A stretch of DNA of 64,000 nucleotides, taken from contig JAQFVV010000003.1 in NCBI GenBank assembly GCA_028023455.1, positions 22,382,001 to 22,446,000 on the forward strand. Direction: 5' to 3'. The notes under the pieces were generated by a model. That model did not search any database. It was not told the origin of the DNA and worked only from the letters and a program-made list of their open reading frames with translations. The DNA is from Epiperipatus broadwayi (Eukaryota > Animalia > Onychophora). Each line of letters opens with the position of its first letter. Within the stretch, counting starts at the first letter, position 1. The translations under genes and the position numbers were made by a program. This document shows, piece by piece, positions 26,223 to 38,100 of this stretch.

Positions 26223-27522
26223 CATACTCATTTTCTTGGAGCCATATATTATTTAAGCACTCATCAATTATATACTCATACTCATTTTCTTGGAGAGTCA
26301 TATATTATTTAAGCACTCAAATAGAAAGTTGAGAATGATAATTCTATTCCATAGATCAAATGAGTTTGCTCACTGAGAAATCAATTCAGGAACTTTTAGT
26401 TCCTGGGTGCACCATTATAGCACTGTGCTAACTTGCACAGGCCTCTCTGAAATTAACAATTTCTAAATTCTTAACAGTTTTTACTTCGTTTTTAAAAAAA
26501 ATAATCACAATCATTTCAATAATAAACCATATATTAAAAATAAATAAATAAATAAATAATACTTCTGTATATTATTTTCATATATTATAACAAGTTTTAC
26601 AGCATATACCATTGAAAAGTAGGAGTAATATTTCAAAACATTAAGAATTGATACATGTTCTGAGAACTTGATAATTGAATAACTGATATTTTATTTTTAT
26701 TAATTTAGTTTAATAATATAATTAATTAATGGCTTTTAATTCATTGCAACATTAAAAAATACTGAAGAATATTGAACAGCCACTGATCTATAAAGATGGA
26801 AACTAACATAAAGCACAAACCACATAATGACTGTCTAATGTGGCTCTAATGGCTAGCTTGAAGGACTTGATAAAGCCACTAGTGAATCTATTTCATGTTT
26901 GAAATCCCTGCAGATTCTAAATAAATAAATCCATATGCTAAATAAATGTATAAGGATGTATCAGTCAGGAGGTCGGATGACATTCAAGCACTGAAATGAA
27001 AAAGTTAAAACAGACCTTTATTTCTATCAATTAGTCTACTGTTGTACCAAATCCAGAGCATTAATGACAAGATTTTATGCTAATAACCATAGTAGTACGT
27101 CAACATTTCTTGATTCTGCTTACACAAACTTACTTTAAAAGTTCCTGCTGATTATGAGGCATCAAATATTCTTTTATTGTACTATCTAATGATTTTGTTG
27201 ATGTTGTTGCTATATTGATAAACGAATTTAAAAAATACTTTAGAAAATTGTTTTGAAGATTTTTTTTAAATAAAAAGAAATATATGAGAAAAAAATTAAA
27301 AGATAAATGCAATAATAGCAGTAGTACATATTTTTTAAATGTCTCTTTGATAAAATGCATGTTTATGAAGATAGTTAAATAACAGATATTTTTTATTTTT
27401 TTAAAAGTGATTTAATTTAATTCGATAAAAACTATCTGAATTTATTATAAGGCAATAGTAAAGACATTACAAAAACAATTTCAGGTATTTCTGAATGTGT
27501 AGTATCTATTAATCATTTTTAA

Positions 27523-28212
27523 TTTAAACCATTAAGCATCACATGATCACATTTCCTATACTAGCACATTAATTGTTGATAAACAGAGCAAAACTCTCCA
27601 TACAGTATTGCCACCTGTGCTAAACAGAGTAATCAATGGATGCCAGAAGGCTTGTGCATAAAATCCCTATCTAATGCACAAGCCTTCTGGCATCCATTGA
27701 TTACTCTGTTTAGCACAGGTGGCAATACTGTATGGAGAGTTTTGCTCTGTTTATCAACAATTAATGTGCTAGTATAGAAAATGTGATCATGTGATGCTTA
27801 ATGGTTTAACACCAATCCTGCCTAATAGGATAGTGGTGGCTATGGTTGTAAAAGAGCCAAAGACACCAAAATGTATGGGTGCTGAACTGAGTTCAAACCC
27901 ATATAACTATATAAGCTATTGAGCTTAGATTGAAAATATTTTTTGTGTTTTCAATTTCATTCTCATAGTTTTGTAGTTAAGTAGAGATAAAAGGTGTTTG
28001 CTAGAGGGTTGCATTAGATCCTAAGATCTAGATGCAGTGCTCTCAGATCCAAAGCTCCTCACTGACGAAGGCCATAAGCCAGAAACTAGTCTGGGGATAT
28101 TGGATGAGTAGGCATTAGATAGGGATTTTATGCACAAGCCTTCTGGCATCCATTGATTACTCTGTTTAGCACAGGTGGCAATACTGTATGGAGAGTTTTG
28201 CTCTGTTTATCA
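27523..28212. mobile_element. Family A fold-back insertion
   Basis: Antisense ~27523-27672, then sense ~27673-28212 (more than one unit). Direct repeat ATCATTTTTAATTTA at 27512-27526 and 28209-28223, overlapping the element ends. Confidence 0.9.
28056..28097 (+). ncRNA. Intact family A hammerhead (CUGACGA, loop II CAUAA); predicted cleavage 3' of C28091
   Basis: tcctca ctgacga a ggc cataa gcc a gaaa ctag tc tgggga. Confidence 0.85.
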
Positions 28213-28239
28213 TTTTTAATTTACTTAGTTTAATATTCT

Positions 28240-28620
28240 CATAGTGAATTGAAAAGTTGACAAAGTTATAGAGTAAGCACTTGCCACCATGTACAATGTC
28301 CTTCTAATAAGCAGTTGGTTCAATGGAGAAATAATGTGCTGGTGAATTGATGACCAAACAGTAGAGGATATGGATGGTGAATAGTTTGATCAATGACACA
28401 GTAACTTGCTAGTGAGAAGTTGGGTTAATACCAAGAAGCTTTTTGATGAACACCTGAATCATAATAATCTTATTGACAAGTAATTGATTAAGTTAAGGCA
28501 GATGGAGAGAAGTTGTTTGAGTAGAAGAGTACTTTTACTGATAAGCAAATGATCAGGATCCAATTCCTGATAATTAAAAAAAAATCATGAAAAAATCCCT
28601 AGTAGAAGATAGTGGTATTC
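28240..28620 (-). pseudogene. Decayed LINE RT remnant
   Basis: Minus-strand traces resembling the PGPDG and YRPISLTS motifs. Heavily disrupted. Confidence 0.3.
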
Positions 28621-28955
28621 GTGTTACTCAACTAATGTTATAAAAGAAATGAACTAAACACAGTATAAAATAATGAGATATGCTGATGTGAAAGAGATGA
28701 TTTCATTCCATCATACTTTAATAGCTTATCTTGGAGGCAAGATATCTTTTTTTTTCTGAAAATGAATATATAATTATCTTCATATATTTAATAGTGTTAT
28801 ATATTGTTAAATCATATATTTCTCATACATACTGTTGAACATATTGTAGATTAGCATACACCAAGATTAAAATAATAAATGCATTAAAAAATGGATATTA
28901 ATCCAATTTCTAAAATACAAAAAATAAATCCTTTATGTTGCTTTTGCAAATTAAA

Positions 28956-29921
28956 AATAAATCATAGATATAATAAAATATCTTTATCTAACATCAAAAT
29001 GATATATAACAATAGCTGTAATATAGTCATATAATCATAACACATAAAAATAACATATAAAAGCTCTTTTAGGCAATTTTTAATTTTTGCCCTATTCAAT
29101 ATGTCTTGGTTAACTACAAAAAACAACATATATTGCATGCATAGTGACATCTATTGGCTCTATATAAAATTAACACAAGCCTACAATTATGCTTTAATAT
29201 CTTTATAAGAACACAGATTATACAACCCTCCATTCATTTTTCATTATCCAATTATTAGTTAAATTAATTGATGTTTTATAAATGTTCATACAATTATTTC
29301 TGTTATAATTAATGTAATTCATTTCATATATCTTCCTTCTATTAATTTCTTTAATATAATTTAATGGACTTATATTCTTAACACAATATATTCTATGTCC
29401 ATATTTTAGAAGAAAGGGCTAAAGAACATAGTAATGCTATTAGCTGAAGAGATGGCAGATCTGCATTATATGTTCACTACTTAAAATATGCGCATAGAAT
29501 AGATTGTGTTAAGAATATAAGTCCATTAAATTATATTAAAGAAATTAATAGAAGGAAGATATATAAAACTAATTACATTAATTATAACAGAAATAATTGT
29601 ATGAACATTTATAAAACATCAATTAATTTAACTAATAATTGGATAATGAAAAATGAATGGAGGGTTGTATAATCTGTGTTCTTATAAAGATATTAAAGCA
29701 TAATTGTAGGCTTGTGTTAATTTTATATAGAGCCAATAGATGTCACTATGCATGCAATATATGTTGTTTTTTGTAGTTAACCAAGACATATTGAATAGGG
29801 CAAAAATTAAAAATTGCCTAAAAGAGCTTTTATATGTTATGATTATATGACTATATTACAGCTATTGTTATATATCATTTTGTTGTTAGATAAAGATATT
29901 TTATTATATCTATGATTTATT
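28956..29921. mobile_element. Fold-back (inverted) pair of Penelope-like 3' ends (pLTR with GIY-YIG tail)
   Basis: Left arm 28956-29408 is the near-exact reverse complement of the right part. Both match 41967-42480. Encodes LEERAKEH..SALYVH remnants. Confidence 0.9.
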
Positions 29922-31003
29922 ATTCCAACTGCATACACAAGAAAATTGACGTTCATTCTTTAAAAAAATGTACTATATGTACTAAATTTCAAGACTAAAA
30001 TTGATAATTTGGATCTTTTGACATATGTCATATTATTGAAGCATTGAATTCTCTTAAAGAATATGTTATGGGTACAAGTAAATCTATTCTTGGGTCCACT
30101 AAAAAGAAGAATCATGATTGATTTTCTAACACAATAATATTATTAGTCAATTGATTAAAAGAAAACATATGGAATTTTCTACTTAACAGAATAGATTAAA
30201 TGTAGAATTGCATATTAAATATAAATATCGGAAGACAGAAGTTTAATGACTGACAAGAAGGCTTAAAGAAGATATAGACATTTGCTGATTATGATCATTC
30301 TAGTTTTTTTTTATGAATTGAACTGAACATAAACCTGAAAAACTATATTACAATTCTATTAAATCCAGCAAAGGCACTCTCTTATAAGATAATATTTTGA
30401 ACAGATGGGAAGAGTATTTTGATCACCTTTGAATAATGACATAAAAATGGAATACTTTTAAGGATATATCTATTCATTTAGGTTTGGACAAAGATTAAAA
30501 CCCCTTGAGTCCAAAGCGCCCCTGAGAGCCCCTGAACAAAAATTTACTTTCAACTGAGTTTGCATAGAATTGGTAAGCACTACACTTACGATTCTCAGAC
30601 CATTCGATCTGCCATCTTTTTCTGATTTAAATGAGGTATTACCTTTTTTTCTATGATAAAATTTGGATTTTTTATGAAAGTTTTTGTAAAATACAATTTT
30701 TAATTTTTCTTTTGTTTTTTAGATTTAATGACCGTAAATCATGTTTCATGATTGATTGCATTCGTTTTACAGTTTGATAATTACATTTATCCACAGAGGG
30801 GCATTTCTAAGCCTTCTTTTTCTAGAAACTTATTTTTACAAAAATAACAGTTACAAGCTGCAAAATAAAAATGATATCAAAAAGACAAAAGGATTACTGT
30901 TAGTTTTATTTGCTGTAATAATCACATTTGATGCCTTCATAATTGGGTCCAAATTTGAAACTGATGCTAACATTTACCCAGGATTCTGTGAGTATTGAAT
31001 TAG

Positions 31004-31006
<3 letters not shown>

Positions 31007-31076
<70 letters not shown>

Positions 31077-31091
31077 GTTGTTGTTGTTGTT
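31007..31091. repeat. (ATT)n microsatellite grading into (GTT)n
   Basis: Visible directly in the sequence. Confidence 0.95.
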
Positions 31092-31109
31092 TTCTATAAT
31101 TAAATAAAA

Positions 31110-31550
31110 CGTAGAAATAATATATATACGATAGAATACATTTGAATGATATAAAAACGTTTATTTGAATTATTTTTTTGACCTAGTTTTATAACTCTTT
31201 TTTTATATACCATAAAATTTTAAATAAAACACATTTGAATGATGCAAAAACTTTTATTTGAATTAGTTTGGTGACCTAGTTTTTATTACTTTTTTTTATA
31301 TTTAATGTAGAAATAATGTATATATGATAGAATACATGTGAATAATATAAAAATGTTTATTTGAATTATTTTTCTGACCTAGTTTATAACTCTTTTATAT
31401 ATATATACACATACAAAACAATATATGTACGATAGAATTATATATATATATGCAGAAAAGAATATATATACGATAGAATTTGATATATATATGTAGAAAA
31501 TATATATATACGATGGAATTTTAGACAATACATTTGAATGATATAAAAAC
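31110..31550. repeat. Degenerate ~98-bp tandem repeat
   Basis: catttgaatgatataaaaac..tttatttgaatta..tgacctagttt recurs at about 31139, 31232 and 31337, with a partial copy at about 31530. Confidence 0.8.
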
Positions 31551-34239
31551 ATGCACATCCAGACTCATCATATACCCTCAGCCATCCACTCTCATATATT
31601 TCATCTCCCACACACATATATAATCAGTGCTCATAATAAATTTGTTTATTTTAATGTTTATTGATTTTTTTTGTTCATTTTATTTTGGAGAAATTTTTGT
31701 TTGATATTTATTTTTTGAGTACATTTTATTTACTTAAAAAGAATACATATTTTAGGTCACACACCATTTTTCACTAATATAATATGATAAAGTAATATAT
31801 AATAATATACTATACATTACATTACAATTTACTAAAGTTCTCAACATCTTGTAAATTATTCCTGTTATTCCCCCCCCCCCCCCACTAAAAACCAAACATA
31901 TTTCTAACAGATACCTGCACGGAAGAACAAACAAACATTTCTAGCATATACTCTTTTATAAAAGAAAAACATCTGGGTCAGCTAGTAAAAATGAAAGTTA
32001 CCAATCACACTGTTTTTGCATAGAAAAATTACTTCAGGTAAGACATATTATATACCATTTTTTTCAGCATTTTGAGATACATGTGATGAAGCTATGAAAT
32101 TGTCATTTTAACATTTACCTTCCTAAATTTAGAATTTGTGAACCAATGTAAAAATAAAGATATTTAAAAGTGTTAAAAATCTATTTTTTCTTAATTTTTT
32201 TTTGAGGTAATAATTATTTTATCAGCTTTATTACATTCTTTCATACTTCCTGGTTATAAAAATGTATATACTTTTATATTTACTGTATTCAAACAAAAGA
32301 TGTTTTAAATTATACTTGTAATTTTTTTTTTAAATTCAAGATGGCTGCTCAATAATTTAATGAAGTCAAAATGGCTCTTTATAATCATAAAATGCAAAGG
32401 ATGCAGATCCTGATGATAAATACCTGGATAAATTTTAAATTACAGTGGTGATATGTTAGCTTCAAAAAATATTGAAATTTTTAAAGAAAATCTGGGCCTA
32501 TAAATTTAAAAATGCTTTTATTGTTCCAATTTTTAAAAACAAGTATTGCAGTAATTATTGTGGAATATCATTATTATCCACTGTAGTAAAATTACATTTT
32601 AAGAATTTTGTTGAATAATTGCTTCTATTTATAGATGAATGATTACCAGAGACTCAATGTAGTTTTAGAGAAGCAAAAAGCACTATAGATATGATTTCTA
32701 ATGCTAGGCAAATACAAAAAAAAGTGTGGAGAACAAATGAGTAATTTATAGATTGCTTTTATTAATTTGGTCAAAGCATTTGATTTACAAATCTATGGCA
32801 TTGTTTAAAATTGGTTGGTTATCCATCAAATTTATTCTCATTATACAGCTTCTACATAATGGAATGAGAGGAAATATTATTACTACAGATGGACAATAAG
32901 AAGCTTTTGAAATGAAAATGGGTGTTAAATGAGGTGCTCCAACATTGTTTTCAATTTTTATGACTGTGAACTTTGGAAATGTTTATAGATAATTTAATCA
33001 AATAGGAATCAAGATATAATATAGGTTTAATGGTGGAATTTTTAATTTGAATTGATTAAAAGTAAAAATAATAACTTTTTCTTCTTGAATTCTGGATTTA
33101 GAGTTTGCTGATGAATGTGCCATTTTTGTTAATTCAAAAGATGATTTATAGAATGTTTTTACTTTTTGAATGCAATATATAATTAATGTTCGAAAACTTA
33201 AGTTCTTTACCAACTAGTGACAAGAAAACATTGTCAGCAATTTAAAATTTAGCTTGGTCAGCTCAACTTGAAAATGTAAATTAATTTAAATACTAAGTAG
33301 AAAGATGGACTCAGATATTGGGATACTATAAAGACTTCAATGTACTGCTGCTGTTTTTAACAAATTAAGAGATAGAGGATTTCATCATAGGTAAATAATT
33401 ACTTTAACCAAATTATCTACATATATAACTGTTATGTTACCTAATTTATTGTATAGAAGTGATAGTAGAACATTCTATCAGTTTAATATAAAGGCATTAG
33501 AAAAGTTTCATTTTAGAATGCTATATAAAAATTTAAAAATACAATGCAAAATCATAAATTAATCAATATGTTCTTCAGCTTTCTGGATGTGATATTAATG
33601 ACTTCACTATTCTAAAATCATATCTTCAATGGAATAGATATGTAAAATAAATGAATGAATCCCATTTATATTATAAAAAATTATCCCAAAAACATTCAAA
33701 GCAGTGCAATATCAATTGGGAAGATATGGTAGAGAACATAATATCTTTGGAGAGGTACAATTGGACATGGTGTTGAAGTATTTAAAAAAGAACAGTTATC
33801 TGTTGTAGAAATTAAAAGACAACATTGCAAAATATCAAATAAGCAGAAAAATATTTGTGGTTCACAAACTGATATGTATACTTACCACAAAATTCATTTC
33901 TACAGGTGTTTTTTTTCCCCCTTCTCCCTCTCTTTCTGTGCCCATTTTTTATTGAAGTTGAAATGAGTGGCTGTTTATTATTTACTATTTATGAACTCAA
34001 GTGACAAATAAAAAAATTATAACTGATTCAAACTATATGCTAATTCAATCCATACACTTATATCTACATTAAAATACTTATATTAAATCTGAATTCTACA
34101 CTGATTCAAAAGCAAAGCCATACTGAGCTTTTTTTGGTAACCCACAAAACCAACCATTTGACATACATTTCTCCTTCCTTCCCTAGATATTTACTTGCTT
34201 ACCATTTAAAATTTAAGATTATTTTACTATTAATTTAAA

Positions 34240-34505
34240 ATAGTATACTGGAAGCATGTGTATAATCAATCAAATTTTCACAGCACTTTTAAAACTGCAA
34301 TTTCATAAGCTATTGAGACAATAAAAAATATACTGATTCCTCTCACTACACACACACTCTTCTATATATATTTTAACATAAAGTACTATACTGGAAGCAA
34401 GTATATATTCAAATTTTCACAGCATTTTTAAAACTGTACTCTATACTTATATAAGCTATTGAACTAATAAAAAAAACATATACTTATTCCTTTCACTACA
34501 CATGC
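34240..34505. repeat. Degenerate ~140-bp tandem duplication, with a partial inverted copy near 34810-34860
   Basis: tatactggaagca..caaattttcacagca..taagctattga..cactacac occurs twice. Confidence 0.7.
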
Positions 34506-36399
34506 ATACACACACACACATTATGTAATAATTCCATTCCTTAGGTGAGTCAGGGATCTAAACTCTTGAATCTTCCTATTATATACAATAGCCTAACTTT
34601 TATCACAAATACTGTAAGTGAATATTACATATATCTAAATTTCATTGTTCAAAAATTAACTGATACACAATCATAATATTTAATAAGGAAATTTAGGCCG
34701 TCATTTCATGTGGTAGGTTCCACATCTTTAAACCCCTAATTTGGATTTCTATGATATATATATATATATACTGGAAAATTTAGTTTGATAACTTTTTCAT
34801 AGTTTCACTAGCTTAAGAGAGTATACAGTAAATGCTGTGAGAATTTGATTGATTAATTAAAAGCGTATATGAAAAAAAAATGTGTAGAATTTGATAAAAA
34901 AGTATGTAGATGCTTTGTGTAAGCACATTCAAAACATTCTCAACAAAATGGTATTCAGTTTTTCTATTTAAAAAAAAAAAAAAAAAAAGACATTTTCCAT
35001 AATTTGAAATATTTTCATTGTTTAGTTAAATGGATAAAAAATTTTTTTTAATATATTGCCAATTATTGTGTTTCCTACAGGGAAAACTACACTCTATGCT
35101 ATGTCCTTTTTTTTTTTATTATCCAAGATATTATTTTCCAAAGAAACATTATATAATTAATAATTTTTCTTGTAAAGTTTCAATTTTGTTATGCTAGCTA
35201 TTGGTATCATTACTATCATCCATTCAATTTAGAACAACTTTCAATTTTGGTTAAATCCATTCTTCTTCCCCATTCCAATAAATTCATGTACATTTAGTTC
35301 ATAGTCTTTTTTACTATTTGCATACTTTCTTTCTTGGGCTCATTCTTATTTTTGTTTCCCTAAATTGCTACTCTTGGTGATCTACTGCAGGGATCTGCCA
35401 CTAGTTGAATCTGAATGTTATTTTAAGATAATAGCAAAACATTTTTATAAAATTTATATGTAAAAAAGAGTATAATTAATAATATGTAATAAGCAATGAA
35501 TTCTGAAAAGAAAAAAAAAGCTTTTATGAATAATACAATTTACTTGTGTGCACATGGATTGCTAAAAGATTAAATGAGAGATGATACATTTAGTACTGAT
35601 TTTATTCTTTTAAGCATACTGATCATAATAAAAGATAAAAATAAACTATGGTCTTAACATCCATAAAAGTACAAACACTTATCCCATCAATGATTAATGC
35701 TATGCTTATTTTTATGCTCAATACAGCCTAAGATCTTTACCACCTAGCTAATAATTGCTACATACTCAATTTTCAATCATTATTAGATTAATATCTGGAT
35801 TGTCTATGGCTAAGACTAACTGGAAAAAAAAATCTTAAATCTGCTTATGATTTCAGAAAATTGTCAATATTCATTTGAACCATACTTGAATTCTAGTCGT
35901 GGGCATATTAAGTGAAATGCCGTGATGGTGGGTTATAACTTGAACAGTTGCATTTTATCTTTTAATTGTGAGTATTGCCGAAAGAATGTTCAAACATCGC
36001 TTGGAAAATAAAAAAATTTTCATAATGAAAAGTAAAAAACATACGCCTTAGCAATTCAACAAGGGACATTTTAATCAATCTAATATTAGCTAGAAGAGCA
36101 ATCATTCTGTGAACTCAATATAGCGAACGAACAAATAGTTTACATTTGCTTGAGTATTAAATGTATATATGTATTTGCGTGAATGCAGAAGTATGTGTGC
36201 ATGATTTACACATATATAATCTAATAAAAGAGAGAAGTAATTAAAAGAACTAATTAAAGAAAAAAAAAGATCTATCATTGTTGCACATTAACTACACAGA
36301 AGTATATAAATATCAATAAAAGATAAATTAATTAGAAGGCTAATTAATTACAAAGAAAATAAATAATTTAGTAAAGATAGAAAATTTATTAGACAGTTC

Positions 36400-37750
36400 G
36401 TTGTTTTTTAAAAATAAGTACAAACAGATGTTCAACTAATTAACAATCAGTAATCTAATGTTTGTTTTAAAAGTAGAAGCAAAAAGGAATTGCAAGTTAA
36501 AAGCTAAGGCAATTAAATCTAAAGATTATGATCGAGGCTCTGATTTAACTATTGTTAGAAATGAAGTTTAATACAAGTATTGCCTATACAAAATAAAATG
36601 GCCAGCAATAGTGATATAAAATATGAAAGGAACAGCTTGACCAAGATTAATAGTCGATCATAAGTCCTCCTAAAAGAGTCAACAACCTAATGCATACTAG
36701 TAAGAGAAATATAATGTTCTGAAGACAGCTTAAGAATAACTAAAACTAATCTAACAATTTTTTTCTGAACAATTTCAGGAATATCTCATATATATATATT
36801 GTTAGTTTTTACCATTTTACAAATGCTTTATATATTTATAATCATGATTTAGGTTATGGAAAATATATTAAAATTTTCTAAATATCTATTATATCATTTG
36901 TGTAGCTATTAATTAAAGATCTACATAAATTATTGCTTATTCAGTCTGCAAGGAATTGGCCATTAATGAGTGGGAACATATACCCTGCAATGAGGATACA
37001 ACAAAGTTCAAGCAGACTTGCAGCAATCATTTAAGATTTGATAGAGAATCAGCAATAATCATTATATGTGAGGTAACTTATCATCCATGTAAAAATCTTT
37101 AACCATTCAAGAATTATTTAAATATGCATTTATAGAAAAAAATAGCTCTTTAAAGACAATTTTATTATGAAATAAAAAAATTTGGATGTCATTCTTGTGT
37201 ATTTGTCTACAAAATTTAATACAATGAGTTGAGAAGTTGAAATTTAATCATAGAAAAAGCTCCTAGAAGATGATTTTTCTTGAATAAATTTGGAACATAT
37301 TACAATTTCACAATTTATGGCATAGTAGGTAATGCATCCATTTGCTGGCCTAACTATTTAGATTTAAATCCATGTCAGATAAACTTTAAAATTTTTTTCA
37401 GATTACAGACAGGCTTAATATTTTTTTTACAGGTAGATGGCTTATGGCCAATTCATCCAGTAGTTAATGTTATGGTTATCTAGTTATTCTTAGTTAGAGG
37501 ATATAAAATCTTTGATTAATTTGGAAAAGTCAGATGAGTGTAGATCTGCTGGTTGAAAAAATGTTTGAGACATAAAATGGATTCAGTGCTGTGGAAAGGG
37601 TCCTCATTCTATGGGTATTAAATACATGGTTATTTTTTACCTTCGATCTTATAAAAAATTTTCTTAATAAAACCCATGATGAAAATGCAGTTTTTAACCA
37701 AATTTGCAATATATAACATTTAATAAATATTATGTAGGAATTAAATGAGC
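36400..37750 (+). pseudogene. Decayed Ty3/gypsy pol (protease-RT) remnant
   Basis: YDRGSDLTIV (~36527; DxG protease-like) lies upstream of NLDVILVYLS (~37180; YLDDILVYS-like), in the expected order. Confidence 0.5.
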
Positions 37751-37939
37751 TAAATCTTAACTAAAAATAAATGTGAAACTGCCAAATATGTAATATATTG
37801 GACTTTAGATTGAAAAACAAAAAGCAACATATTGATATAAGCAATGTCACATTTCTTTTTCAAGTGATTACTCATATGTCTACAAAATCAATTATCTTCA
37901 TTCTATTCAAGGGCTTGTCAAATCAGTGGACACCATACA

Positions 37940-38100
37940 GCATATGGCTATAAAATCTCCATCTAGAGACTAATTTCTCGCTTTTGCCTTCACCATTAAA
38001 AAATAGGATTCAAAACTGAACCTAATGCATTTATGCACATATCATCTGGTGTTCATTGACTACTCAAGCTTATTGTAGATGGCTCTAGAGTAGATCTCTT
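37940..38100. mobile_element. Highly diverged family A copy with eroded HHR
   Basis: gagactaatttctcgcttttgccttcacca resembles cagactagtttctggcttgtggccttcatca. ttatgcaca..tctgg..cattga..gatggc resembles the opposite strand. Confidence 0.5.

Larger units (their letters stand above)
29950..33900 (+). mobile_element. Decayed RTE-BovB-like LINE, interrupted by unrelated sequence at ~30460-32330
   Basis: KKKNHD(W)FSN and RWEEYFDHL before the break. LPETQCSFREAKSTIDMISNARQIQKKCGEQ..IAFINLVKAFD, LEFADECA and FYQFNIKALEKFHFRML after it. All match BovB-type ORF motifs. Confidence 0.85.

Noticed and set aside
27800-27845. Twister-ribozyme-like look of UUUAACACCAAUCCUGCCUAAUAGGAUAGUGGUGG, next to the preferred 3' end
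   Set aside because: It lacks both halves of the GC/GC pseudoknot, the P1 candidate is mostly wobble pairs, and variation between copies fits a simple hairpin. A covariance-model search or cleavage assay could reopen this.
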